Shown one piece after another: positions 32,742 through 41,860 of a DNA stretch of 46,399 bases (position 1 is the first letter of the stretch; the number at the start of each line of letters is the position of its first letter). This DNA comes from Phycisphaerae bacterium (GTDB lineage Bacteria; Planctomycetota; Phycisphaerae; Sedimentisphaerales; Anaerobacaceae): assembly GCA_018007255.1 (NCBI GenBank), contig JAGOQT010000001.1, positions 1 through 46,399 on the forward strand, given 5' to 3'. The notes below the pieces were generated by a model. That model was not told where the DNA came from. It worked only from the letters and a program-made list of their open reading frames with translations, and did not search any database. The position numbers were made by a program, and so were the translations under genes.

Positions 32742-33919
32742 TGGATTCCCTCGATTCCGGATTCGGGATTCCGGATTCCGGCCTCGGGTTCTGCCACCGA
32801 CTCGATCGCGCTGGCCCATGCGGGGGCCCACATGGCGGCATCGAATTGGGCCGCGTGGAGCCGGGCATTGCGGGTCAAGTCCACCCGCCGCCTCCGGTCC
32901 GCCAACAGGTCGGCGATCGCGCCGCTGAACCCTCGCGCGTCACCCGGCTGGACGAGGATTCCGGTCGCGCAGTGATCGATGAGGTCTTGGGGGCCGGGCA
33001 CGTCCGAGGCCACCACCGCACAGCCCGCGGCCATGGCCTCTTGGACCACCACGGGCGACCCTTCGTAGAACGTGGGCAGGCACAGGATGTCACTGGAGGC
33101 CAGGAGGCGGACCACGTCCTCGCGCCAGCCCAGGGTCCGTACGCATCCGGCCAGACCGTGGGTCTCCACGAACCGCTGCACGAGCCCATCCAGAGGGCCC
33201 GATCCCGCGATCGCGAATTGGGCCCGGACCCCCTTATGGACCAGGTCCCCGGCAACCTCCAGGAAGACCTGCACGCCCTTGGCCCGGATGAGCCGGCCTG
33301 CGTACACGACCACCGGCAGATCGGGGTCCAGACCCAGATCCCTCCTGGCTTCGCCGCGGTCCAGGGTCACTGCCTCGGCCAGGATGTCCCGGTACGGGAT
33401 CCCCACGGTGTGAAAGAAGTGGACCTGTCCTGTGCACCCTGCCAACCGGTGCTTGGCGGCCATGCGGTAGTCGTAGCGGTTCAGGACGATCATGCCGTCG
33501 TTCCAGCGGCCCAGCACACGCTCCAGAGCCAGGGCGGCCCAGTATCCGATCCGCCCGCGTGTCCGGTAGCAGGGCAGACCGTGCGAGGCATAGACCATGT
33601 GTCCGGGCCTGCCGGCCAGGGCGAACGCAACCCGGGCCGCTGCGCCGGCCAGGGCCATGTGGGCCACGATCACGTCGTAGCCGCCCTTCCGGAAGATGGA
33701 CTCAAGGCCCAGGACGGCCCGCACAAGACAATCCGGCCGGACGGACCTGTCGATGGCGTACCTGTGCACAGGCACGCCGAACTCACTGGGCCCTGCGCAG
33801 GACCGGCCCAACGCCAGTTCCACGTGATGGCCCCTGGCCTGGTGCTCGGCCAGCAGGGGCCGCAGGAAGGTCCGCACGGTCAGGGCTGTACGGGTGACAT
33901 GGAGGATTCTAAGGGACAT
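32735..33919 (-). CDS. Glycosyltransferase, GT-B fold (GT4-like; 394 aa)
   Basis: MSLRILHV...; PTFYEGSPVVVQEAMAAGCAVVASDVPGPQDLI (EX7E-type motif). Confidence 0.75.
   Translation of the reverse strand: MSLRILHVTRTALTVRTFLRPLLAEHQARGHHVELALGRSCAGPSEFGVPVHRYAIDRSVRPDCLVRAVLGLESIFRKGGYDVIVAHMALAGAAARVAFALAGRPGHMVYASHGLPCYRTRGRIGYWAALALERVLGRWNDGMIVLNRYDYRMAAKHRLAGCTGQVHFFHTVGIPYRDILAEAVTLDRGEARRDLGLDPDLPVVVYAGRLIRAKGVQVFLEVAGDLVHKGVRAQFAIAGSGPLDGLVQRFVETHGLAGCVRTLGWREDVVRLLASSDILCLPTFYEGSPVVVQEAMAAGCAVVASDVPGPQDLIDHCATGILVQPGDARGFSGAIADLLADRRRRVDLTRNARLHAAQFDAAMWAPAWASAIESVAEPEAGIRNPESGIEGIQC
32754..32781. repeat. Heptanucleotide tandem repeat (attccgg / attcggg / attccgg / attccgg) in the 3' tail of the glycosyltransferase gene, just upstream of the sugar-transferase RBS
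   Basis: The units lie at 32754-60, 32761-67, 32768-74 and 32775-81. They encode ..GIRNPESGIE.. on the minus strand. Confidence 0.9.
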
Positions 33920-35198
33920 GGGACTCCGGACCCACAGCGGAGGATGCGGAAGGCAGGGCCTCGATTCCTGCCCCCGCCTCCGCACGGGTATCGACCCCGC
34001 ACGCCCAGGATGCGGGGCCGGACTCCGAACCACCCACCGCGCGCCAGAAGGCCCGCTGGGCCGGCTCGAGGCGGGCGGGCGCAAAAGCCTGCACGGACTC
34101 GAAGTTCGCCTGAGACATCGCGGCCAACCGGCCGGGCCGGTCGATCAGGCGGAGGATCTTGTCTGCAATGGCCTGGGGCCTGCCCGGCTCGAACAGGGCC
34201 TCCGCAGCCAGGTACTCCGGCACGCCGCCCACCGCAGAGGCCAGACACGGGAGCCCCCTCGCCATGGCCTCGATGAGGCCCCTGCCCATGCCCTCGGTCA
34301 GGGAGGGCAGGACATAGAGGTGGGCCCGGTCCATCCTCTCGAACAGGGCGGGCCCGCGCTGGATGAAGCCGTGGAACCGGACCCTGTGCGCAATGCCCAT
34401 CCTGCGACAGGCCTGCTCCAGATCCGCGCGGACCGGACCGTCGCCTAGGAGGTCCATCTCCACGGCCCGATCCGTCCTCCTGCAGACCTCGGCCAAGGCC
34501 TCCAGCAGGTGGATGTGCCCCTTCTCAGGCGAGAGGCGACCCGCCGCGAGGATGCGGAAGGGACCGGACTGGAAGGACTCCGCCGGCCTGGGGCCGCCCA
34601 TCACCTCATCCGTCAATTGGGCAGAACAGAGGATCCACTGGCGATCCGGCCTGGGGTGGGGGTAACGGTTCTGGAGGTACCGGCTCAGGAAGACCACGGC
34701 CGTGGCCCGCCGCACCAGGAATCGGGTCAGACCGTCCAGGGCCCGGGCTGCCGCGAGCACGCCGAGCGAACGGCCCTTGGCCAGGACCGTGGCCTGCCGG
34801 GCATCGGCCACGACCTCCGCCCCATAGGGCCTGCCCGTGAACCACAGATACAGACCCACAAGCGCAGCCGTGGCGTCGGGCAGCTTGAGGCAGTATGCGT
34901 CGCAGGTCCGGGCGGCCCTGCGGACCTGGCCCAGCGCGGCCGGGATCGACCGCAGGGCCTCCACCGCGCAGGCCGGATCCGGCAAGGGGACCACGGTCAC
35001 GCCCTGCCCGTCGACCTGCGGCCACCGTGGGTCGCGCATCCGGCCCGAGCGAGACCGGGCCAGGACCGCGACCGATGCGACGTGCGGCAGGTAGGCCCTG
35101 CGCAGGGTCGCGCTGCTGACCAGGGCATCACTACAATTGTAGTAGTGGCCCTGGAACTCGATCACATGGATCTGGTTTGTGGTGAGCAGACGCATCAT
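33909..35198 (-). CDS. Glycosyltransferase, GT-B fold (GT4-like; 429 aa)
   Basis: The ATG at 35198 overlaps the upstream TGA (ATGA). PSLTEGMGRGLIEAMARGLPCLASAVGGVPEYL. Confidence 0.7.
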   Translation of the reverse strand: MMRLLTTNQIHVIEFQGHYYNCSDALVSSATLRRAYLPHVASVAVLARSRSGRMRDPRWPQVDGQGVTVVPLPDPACAVEALRSIPAALGQVRRAARTCDAYCLKLPDATAALVGLYLWFTGRPYGAEVVADARQATVLAKGRSLGVLAAARALDGLTRFLVRRATAVVFLSRYLQNRYPHPRPDRQWILCSAQLTDEVMGGPRPAESFQSGPFRILAAGRLSPEKGHIHLLEALAEVCRRTDRAVEMDLLGDGPVRADLEQACRRMGIAHRVRFHGFIQRGPALFERMDRAHLYVLPSLTEGMGRGLIEAMARGLPCLASAVGGVPEYLAAEALFEPGRPQAIADKILRLIDRPGRLAAMSQANFESVQAFAPARLEPAQRAFWRAVGGSESGPASWACGVDTRAEAGAGIEALPSASSAVGPESHVP

Positions 35199-36154
35199 TG
35201 ACCGGACGCAACGGTCCTCGCTCCCCCGGCCAGCACGGCCTGGCCGTACTCGCGCAGGTCCCGGGCCACCTGGAGGCAGTCCGCCCCGCTGGCATAGAGG
35301 AACAGGCCCTGCTTGTCGGACCAGACCTGGGAGCGGTCCAACAGCTCCCGCACCAAGTAACAAGTCCGGCCGGCAGAGGCGAAGCTCCACTTGCGGCCGC
35401 TGACGTGGGCGCCGAAGATCTCGTACGGATAGGGGGCCGCTCGGGGCTGCCCGGCCTGTTGGGTGTAGGTGGTCTCGGAGATCCGAGACTCCCCCAGGCT
35501 GCTCAGCACGTTGTAGGGATGCTCCTTTCGAAGACTGCCCGCAGGGAGCACGAAGTCCACCTGTCCCACCTCCTCCAGGGCCGCCCGGACGGCCTCCTGC
35601 AGGGCCGTGCGCTCGCGATGGGTCAGTCCTCCGCCCGCCTTGAACCACGACTTGATCGGAGAGTGGCCGTACGGCTCCACGTCCAGGGCGACGCCGTCCG
35701 CCTTCATGGCCCGTGCCTCGTCCCGCAGTGCGCGGATCTCCCGCACGTAGTAGTTCGGATCCCCAAGGATGCGAAGACCGATGCCCTGGTTCTTGTAGTA
35801 GGGCCACAGACACCTGCACCAGATCAGCCTGGCCCCGGACTGCCTGACCATCTCAATGGCCTTCAAGGCCTCGTCGCTCTGGTCCCAAGCCGCGTCCAGC
35901 CTGTGCATGTACGAGACCATGACGTGGTTGGGCAGATGGCTGTCCAGGGCCACGCGGAGCGACTCCAGGGAGTTGGTCTTGACCGCGTGAAACCAGATGA
36001 TCGCCGGGGGCCCGGACTGCGCGGGCGCCTTCGGCTCGCGGCCGTAGGGCCCCAGTCTGAGGGGCTCGGCGGCAGTGCACCACCCCACCGTCGCGGTCCA
36101 GGCCAGTACACACCCCCATGTCAGGGGCCTCATTCGCCTCTCACCTGCTCGCAT
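35195..36154 (-). CDS. Exported protein of unknown function within the polysaccharide locus (start at 36154 or 36133)
   Basis: Signal-like MRPLTWGCVLAWTATVGWCTAAEP. I recognised no family motif. ..ADGVALDVEPYG.. is vaguely reminiscent of TIM-barrel polysaccharide hydrolases, which is speculative. Confidence 0.5.
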   Translation of the reverse strand: MRAGERRMRPLTWGCVLAWTATVGWCTAAEPLRLGPYGREPKAPAQSGPPAIIWFHAVKTNSLESLRVALDSHLPNHVMVSYMHRLDAAWDQSDEALKAIEMVRQSGARLIWCRCLWPYYKNQGIGLRILGDPNYYVREIRALRDEARAMKADGVALDVEPYGHSPIKSWFKAGGGLTHRERTALQEAVRAALEEVGQVDFVLPAGSLRKEHPYNVLSSLGESRISETTYTQQAGQPRAAPYPYEIFGAHVSGRKWSFASAGRTCYLVRELLDRSQVWSDKQGLFLYASGADCLQVARDLREYGQAVLAGGARTVASGQ

Positions 36155-37361
36155 GGAACACCTCCTGCCTCGTGGACCCCAGCGCACTGCACAGGGTCTC
36201 GTGTTGTGCTGCCTCGCTGAAACGAAGACCAATCTGGTCCGCAGCGTTCTTTACGATCCGGGCGCGCAGCGCGGGGTCCTCGCAGAGTCGCGTGATGGCC
36301 CCGGCCAGGGCCGGGCCGTCGTCCATGGGGACCAGCAGGCCGGTCCGGCCGTCCTCGATGAGGTCCGTGACCCCGCCCATGGGCGTGGAGACCACGGGGC
36401 GGGCCAGGACCTGCGCCTCCCACACGGCCCTGGGGAAGCCCTCGCTGTGGGTCGGAAGGATCACGATCTCCGCACATCGCATCAGGGCCGCAGCATCGGA
36501 CCGCAGGCCCAGGAGGAAGACGTGGTCCTGCAGACCCCTCCTGGCGATCTCGTGCGCGACCTCCTTACGGTATCGCCCGTCCGACCCCATCTTCACGTCC
36601 CCGGCCAGCCACAGCACGAAGTCCAGGCCGCGGTCCCTCAGAATCGCGGCCGCCTCCACGGCCACAGCCTGGCCCTTGGTCCGCAGGATCTGGGCGGGCA
36701 GCAGGATCCGGACCGGCCGATCCGCGTGAGGCGGACGGTCCGTGACCTCCCGGCGTGCGTCCCTGTGGACCCGCTCTGGATCGATCCGCGTGTGGACCAC
36801 GTAGATCCTGTCCTGGACCACCCCCCATTCCCTCAGCGCGGATGCCGTGGCCGTGGACACGGCCAGGACACGATGGGCCCTGCGGATCAGGCATCGTCCC
36901 AGGGCCGGAACCTGGTCGCGTCGATACCAGCCGCGCGCGTAGAACACGATCTGGTGCCCGGAGAACGCCCCGGCCAGCCACAGCAGGGCCAGGCCCTTGG
37001 TGCTGTTGGTCAGGACCAGATCCGGCCTGACCCTGTCCAGGGTACGCCGCAGGGCCCTGCGCAGGTCCAGCCAATCCGGGGCCTGGGCCAGGACCCGGAC
37101 GAGCCTCCCCAGGGGCCTGCCCGCGCCGCCGATGAAGGGCCGCCTGGATCGCGGGAGCAGGACCTGGACAGGGACCTCGGCCTGGTCCAGGGCGGCCAGC
37201 CACTCGCGACACACCCCGTAGGCATCCACCACGCGGACGTTGCAGTCCTGCAAGAGGGCCTGGAGCATCTCGGCCGTGGATCGCTGCGCGCCGCCCCAGT
37301 GCGTGACGAAGTCCAGGAAGACCAGGCCGGGTCTGGACCCGCGCGGGACCGGATCCGCCAT
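36141..37361 (-). CDS. Glycosyltransferase, GT-B fold (GT4-like; 406 aa)
   Basis: The ATG at 37361 shares one base with the upstream TGA. PTHSEGFPRAVWEAQVLARPVVSTPMGGVTDLIEDGRTGLLV. Confidence 0.75.
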   Translation of the reverse strand: MADPVPRGSRPGLVFLDFVTHWGGAQRSTAEMLQALLQDCNVRVVDAYGVCREWLAALDQAEVPVQVLLPRSRRPFIGGAGRPLGRLVRVLAQAPDWLDLRRALRRTLDRVRPDLVLTNSTKGLALLWLAGAFSGHQIVFYARGWYRRDQVPALGRCLIRRAHRVLAVSTATASALREWGVVQDRIYVVHTRIDPERVHRDARREVTDRPPHADRPVRILLPAQILRTKGQAVAVEAAAILRDRGLDFVLWLAGDVKMGSDGRYRKEVAHEIARRGLQDHVFLLGLRSDAAALMRCAEIVILPTHSEGFPRAVWEAQVLARPVVSTPMGGVTDLIEDGRTGLLVPMDDGPALAGAITRLCEDPALRARIVKNAADQIGLRFSEAAQHETLCSALGSTRQEVFHASR

Positions 37362-38554
37362 CAGACCCCCCCCTTCACGCAGGTCTCTGGCAGGAGCTGA
37401 CGGACCAGGGTCTGGACCCTCAGGGTGCAGAGCTTGTTCTGACAGAACAGGCCCTCCTCGAACCGCCAGTCCTTGGTCCCCTCGTCATAGACCATCCTCC
37501 CCGGCCTGCCGTTCACGACGCACATCTCGTACGGATTCCCCATGCCGAAGACCGTCTGCAGTTCGTTCACGAGGTACCCGTGCTGCGGCGTCACCAGGAC
37601 ATCGATGTCCATGCTCTTGAAGCCGTGCCGTTCGGTGATCTCCTTCACGAAGTCCAGGAGGTCGGAGCTGGGCCGGCCGTGTCGCCAACGGTGGGATCCG
37701 CTGTGGAACCCGCCCTTTCTGAGCTTCTCGTACCCGAAGAAGGAGTCTCCGATGCGGATCATCCGCCACTCCGCAGCGTCCTGCAGGAACTCCTGAAACA
37801 GGACCGATCCCCACTGACGGTCCCGACGGTCGGACCCGGTCTTGAGGAAGCCCCGCCTGAAGCACCGGCGGATCAACCGCCTCATGGCCCGCCGATCCCG
37901 CAGGATCCGCACGCCCTTGGAGCCCGAGCCGAAGTCGGCCTTGAACACGATGGGCAGGGCGGCCTCCTGGGCAAAGGCCAGGGCCTGGGACCGGTCGTAG
38001 AAGACCCAGGTCCTCGGGTGCGGGACCCCGTTGGCCGCCAGCCAGTAGTGCATGCGCCGCTTGCTCTCGTAGAACCAGATCTCGTCCAAGGTCGGGAAGA
38101 TCACCTTGCCCAGGTCCTGCACCAGGATGCGGAGCCGCTCGTCGAACATCTGCTTCCAGACCGTGATCTGGCCGGAGGGCCGGACCAGGAAGGCATCGCA
38201 TCCGGATCGCTCGATCTGCTCCATCCAGTCCGGTCCTGAGAGGTCCACGACACAATAGGGCACGCCCAGGTCCCGGCAGGCCCCGATGTACAGGCTGTGC
38301 AGGCGTGTGAATTCCTTGATGATGCCCAGGCGCAGATCGACCCGGGCCGGGTAGGTGGACCTCTCCTCTGCGTCGGCATACGGGTCCTCCGCCAGCCACT
38401 TGGCGGGATCGTAGCGATCCAGGGGCAGCAGTCGCCTGCCCAGACGCTTGAGCGAGACCGGGATCCGCTTCTTCAGCCCCTCGGCTTTGGCCAGGGCCCG
38501 CAAGGGTCTGCTCAGGTTGGGTCCGACGTCTGACACAGGATATCCAAGATCCAA
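37361..38554 (-). CDS. ATP-grasp domain protein (start uncertain: TTG 38554 or GTG 38536)
   Basis: LPIVFKADFGSGSKGVRILRD, ..VLFQEFLQDAAEWRMIRIGDSFFGY.. and ..SMDIDVLVTPQHGYLVNELQ.. fit the ATP-grasp (RimK-like) pattern. Confidence 0.6.
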   Translation of the reverse strand: MDLGYPVSDVGPNLSRPLRALAKAEGLKKRIPVSLKRLGRRLLPLDRYDPAKWLAEDPYADAEERSTYPARVDLRLGIIKEFTRLHSLYIGACRDLGVPYCVVDLSGPDWMEQIERSGCDAFLVRPSGQITVWKQMFDERLRILVQDLGKVIFPTLDEIWFYESKRRMHYWLAANGVPHPRTWVFYDRSQALAFAQEAALPIVFKADFGSGSKGVRILRDRRAMRRLIRRCFRRGFLKTGSDRRDRQWGSVLFQEFLQDAAEWRMIRIGDSFFGYEKLRKGGFHSGSHRWRHGRPSSDLLDFVKEITERHGFKSMDIDVLVTPQHGYLVNELQTVFGMGNPYEMCVVNGRPGRMVYDEGTKDWRFEEGLFCQNKLCTLRVQTLVRQLLPETCVKGGV

Positions 38555-38578
38555 AATTGAGGGCGGCCGGGCCGAGGG

Positions 38579-39178
38579 CTAGGACCGGCTGCCCGATCCC
38601 TGATGGGCGTGTTCGTATCCCCGCCCGGAGTCCGCGGGCCATAGGGGCTTCAGGACCCGGGCCGGGACGCCCGCGGCGATCGTGTGGTCCGGGATGTCCC
38701 GGGTCACCACGGCGTTGGCCCCGATCACGCAGTGCGAACCGATCCGCACGGGCCCGAGGATGACCGCACCCGCGCCGACGGAGACCTGGTCCCCGAGGGT
38801 CGGACTCTGGCGCCCATCGGGGCCAGTCTTGTGGTAGTTCGCGCCCAAGGTCACGTTCTGGCGGACGTCACAACCCCTGCCGATGACGGTCCTGCCACCG
38901 ATGACCAGGCCCGTGCAGTGGGCGATCTTGAGGCCGCCGCCGATCTGGGTGTGGGTCCCGATCCAGCACAGGCACAGGTGGCGCATGAGCCGCTCACACA
39001 GGCCCGCCGGCAGGTCCAGGCGCCGCACCCTGCACCAACGGCCCATCCGGTACAGGACCATGGCCCGAAAGCCCGCATCCTGCAGGGCCTTGAGGGGGTA
39101 CTTCCAGGCACGGCCGGGTCCCTTACCGTACCTGCAGTAATCGGCCTTGAGGTTCTCGAACACGGTTGCCGTTCCCAC
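38579..39178 (-). CDS. Hexapeptide-repeat O-acetyltransferase (serine-acetyltransferase-like). GTG 39178 or GTG 39163 is the start.
   Basis: ..KIAHCTGLVIGGRTVIGRGCDVRQNVTLG...LGDQVSVGAGAVILGPVRIGSHCVIGANAVVTRDIP shows left-handed beta-helix hexapeptide periodicity. Confidence 0.7.
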   Translation of the reverse strand: MGTATVFENLKADYCRYGKGPGRAWKYPLKALQDAGFRAMVLYRMGRWCRVRRLDLPAGLCERLMRHLCLCWIGTHTQIGGGLKIAHCTGLVIGGRTVIGRGCDVRQNVTLGANYHKTGPDGRQSPTLGDQVSVGAGAVILGPVRIGSHCVIGANAVVTRDIPDHTIAAGVPARVLKPLWPADSGRGYEHAHQGSGSRS

Positions 39179-40457
39179 GCAGTTGCCGGATCATATGCCT
39201 GGAGTCGGACCGCGTCAGCCACAGACAGCGGCTCCAACGCACTCCGCACCGGGTCCTCGTTGCGAACATCAGGGAGACCAGGAGCACCAGGTTGCCCAGT
39301 GTCGAGGCCGCGGCCGCACCCTGGATCCCCAGACGGGGGATCAGCGCCCAGCTCAGGGCCGCATGGATCCCCGTGGTCAGGGCCAGGACCCCGACCGACA
39401 CCTCAGGCATCCCCCTGCTGCCCAGGAGCTGGGTCGCCACCTTGCTCAGGAGGAAGAACACCGTGCCCGGCAGGAGGATCACCATGGGCGCCACGGCCGG
39501 CAGAAACCGCTCCCCGTAGAGCAGGACGATGATCGGCCTTGCGCCCACCGCGATCGCCGCGAGCAGGACCACGCTGAGCGTGGTGACCAAACGCATCACC
39601 CGCTCGAAGTGGCGCGGGATCTGGGTCTCAGGCAGGGCCGCCCATCTGCTGAACAGGAGGGGCAGCACGGCCTGGCTGGCCATCACCACCGTCATGGACA
39701 ACTGCTGGCCCCGGCTGAAGTACCCGATCCCGTCGAAGTCCGTGACCAGGGCCTTGAGCATCAGGAGGTGGAGCGTAGAGCTGAGCAGGATCATCGCGTC
39801 GGTCCCGCTGAGCCGCACGCCCATCCAGGCCAGCCGGCCCACTCCGGCCAGCCGGGGACGGACCCGGACATCCACCTCCTTGCGGATCCACCACCCCCCC
39901 ATCGCCAGCCTGACCCCAGACGTCAGGACCAAGGCGGCCAAGGCGGTGGCGACGTCCAGGCGATGGGCCAGGACCAAGGCCACGACCAGGGCCAGGGGGA
40001 TCGCCATGGAAGCCACAGCGATCCAGCTCAACCTCCGCGCAGCCAGGGAGCACAAGAGGCGGCTGCGCGTGATCCCGCTCAGCGGGGTCACCAGCACATA
40101 CGAGGCCCCGATCGCACAGGCCGCCCAAGACAACGGACCGAAGTATCCGGCCTGGGTCTTGAGGATCACGGCCAGGATCACGGCCCCGACCAGGCCGAGC
40201 ACGAGCGTGGCCCACAGGCCCTCCGCGGTGGCCTGCCTCCTGTGGGCCGGGTCGCGTTGACAGGAGTACAGCAGGGACGAGGGGATGCCCAGGGTGCACA
40301 CCTGTGCAGCCAGCATCACGATCGAACCGACCAGGGCGAACTGACCGATCCCGGCAGGACCCAGGACCCGCGTGAGGATCACGGTCTGGCCCAGGCGGAT
40401 GCCAAGGCCCAGGAGGGTCGAGGCATTGACCAGGATGGCTTTTCGAAAGAGGGCCAC
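39123..40457 (-). CDS. wzx: Wzx-type polysaccharide flippase (MOP superfamily; 444 aa)
   Basis: GTG 40457 follows GAAAGGA. About 12 hydrophobic segments; the N-terminus (M)ALFRKAILVNASTLLGLGIRLGQTVILTRVLGPAGIGQFAL is typical. Confidence 0.65.
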   Translation of the reverse strand: MALFRKAILVNASTLLGLGIRLGQTVILTRVLGPAGIGQFALVGSIVMLAAQVCTLGIPSSLLYSCQRDPAHRRQATAEGLWATLVLGLVGAVILAVILKTQAGYFGPLSWAACAIGASYVLVTPLSGITRSRLLCSLAARRLSWIAVASMAIPLALVVALVLAHRLDVATALAALVLTSGVRLAMGGWWIRKEVDVRVRPRLAGVGRLAWMGVRLSGTDAMILLSSTLHLLMLKALVTDFDGIGYFSRGQQLSMTVVMASQAVLPLLFSRWAALPETQIPRHFERVMRLVTTLSVVLLAAIAVGARPIIVLLYGERFLPAVAPMVILLPGTVFFLLSKVATQLLGSRGMPEVSVGVLALTTGIHAALSWALIPRLGIQGAAAASTLGNLVLLVSLMFATRTRCGVRWSRCLWLTRSDSRHMIRQLRGNGNRVREPQGRLLQVR

Positions 40458-40476
40458 GAGGTCCTTTCACGCGATC

Positions 40477-41841
40477 TCAGGACTCGGCCGAGACCCGTGC
40501 GACCGCGTCGATCGGCTTGACCGCGTTCTCCATGATCTGGTCCCAGTAGGCCTGGACCAGGGCCGTCTCCTTGGCGATCGCACTGGCCCGGTCCACCAGG
40601 ACCACCAGGTAGAACAGGAGATACCGAGGGTACTGGGAGCTGATCGCATCCGAGGTCGCGGCGTAGATCGCCCAGGCGACAAAGGCCCACAGGCACCCGC
40701 TCTTGACCAGCAAGGTCCGGGCGTCCTCGTCCTCCGGCCCCGTGCGGGCCTTGCGCCAGAATCCGACCAGGGACACGATCGCCCAGACCAGGCCCCCGAC
40801 CCCGTACACGGTCAAGGTCGACACGTACGCGCTGTGACTCTCCGAGCCGTTGCGTGTGATGCCGCCCCGCTGGCCCTGGCCCAGGAGGATCACCTTGGGT
40901 GTGGCCGTCTCGAAGTAGCGGTGCCAGGACTCCGCGCGACCCGCCAGGTTCCGGTCCCAGGTCCTGGCCGCGGGGTCATAGACCGTGGCCATCCGCGCCT
41001 CGAGGGCCTGGCGCACCCCGGCGAAGGTCACGACCAGGAATGCGCAGGCCAGGATCGTCCAGGCGATCCGTCGGTTCCGGCCGATCAGGGCCATCAGGCC
41101 GAAGGTCCCTGCCAGGGCCGCGAACCCGGACCGGGACTGCGTCACGGAGACCCCCAACAACAAGAGCACGCAGGACAGGCCCAGGAGCCCCTTCGCAGGC
41201 CAGAGGCCCTGGAGTTGGACCGCGGTCACGACCAGGACCAGGGAACAGGCCAGGACGCAGGCTGCCCCGTTGGGATTGAGAAAGGCCCCGCTGGCACGGC
41301 CCGTGACCTCCTGGATCTCCAGGAACGAGGGGTTCGACCAGGCCTGCATGCTGCCGGGCAGGACGTGGTGGAGGACGACGAGCACCCCGCCGGCCGCAGC
41401 CGCGATCGAGAACATCGTCAGTTGCCGCCGCAGGTCGTCCGCGTCGTCGATGCAGTGCAGGACCGCGTAGAACAGGCCCCAGACCACACACAGCTTCAGG
41501 ATGTCCTTCCCATACAGGACCCGCTCGAACGGGGCCTCCAGGGCACCCGAGAGGTTGGCGATCGTGGCCACCAGCAAAAAGGCCGTGATCGTCCAGAAGG
41601 CATACCCCCGCCGCACGCGGATCCCGGCGAACAGGTTGCGGCGGACCACCACGGCCACGAACAGCACGACGCAGAGCAGGTCGTCCACACCGATGTTGAG
41701 CGGCAGGATGGGGTGGTTGAACCACCAGTTGTGGGGGTACGTGAAGAGGGTCAGCCAGACGAGGCCCGTGGCCCACTTGGGACGCACCACGGTAAGCACC
41801 AAGGTCGTTGCCAAGACAAGAACGATCGTGAGGGTCAGCAT
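40477..41841 (-). CDS. O-antigen ligase/polymerase family (Wzy_C-like) membrane protein (454 aa)
   Basis: MLTLTIVLVLATT...; polytopic. ..GAFLNPNGAA.. and ..VSVTQSRSGFAALAG.. resemble the Wzy_C/O-antigen-ligase core. Confidence 0.6.
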   Translation of the reverse strand: MLTLTIVLVLATTLVLTVVRPKWATGLVWLTLFTYPHNWWFNHPILPLNIGVDDLLCVVLFVAVVVRRNLFAGIRVRRGYAFWTITAFLLVATIANLSGALEAPFERVLYGKDILKLCVVWGLFYAVLHCIDDADDLRRQLTMFSIAAAAGGVLVVLHHVLPGSMQAWSNPSFLEIQEVTGRASGAFLNPNGAACVLACSLVLVVTAVQLQGLWPAKGLLGLSCVLLLLGVSVTQSRSGFAALAGTFGLMALIGRNRRIAWTILACAFLVVTFAGVRQALEARMATVYDPAARTWDRNLAGRAESWHRYFETATPKVILLGQGQRGGITRNGSESHSAYVSTLTVYGVGGLVWAIVSLVGFWRKARTGPEDEDARTLLVKSGCLWAFVAWAIYAATSDAISSQYPRYLLFYLVVLVDRASAIAKETALVQAYWDQIMENAVKPIDAVARVSAES

Positions 41842-41860
41842 GTTCTGTTCCCCGAGCCTG

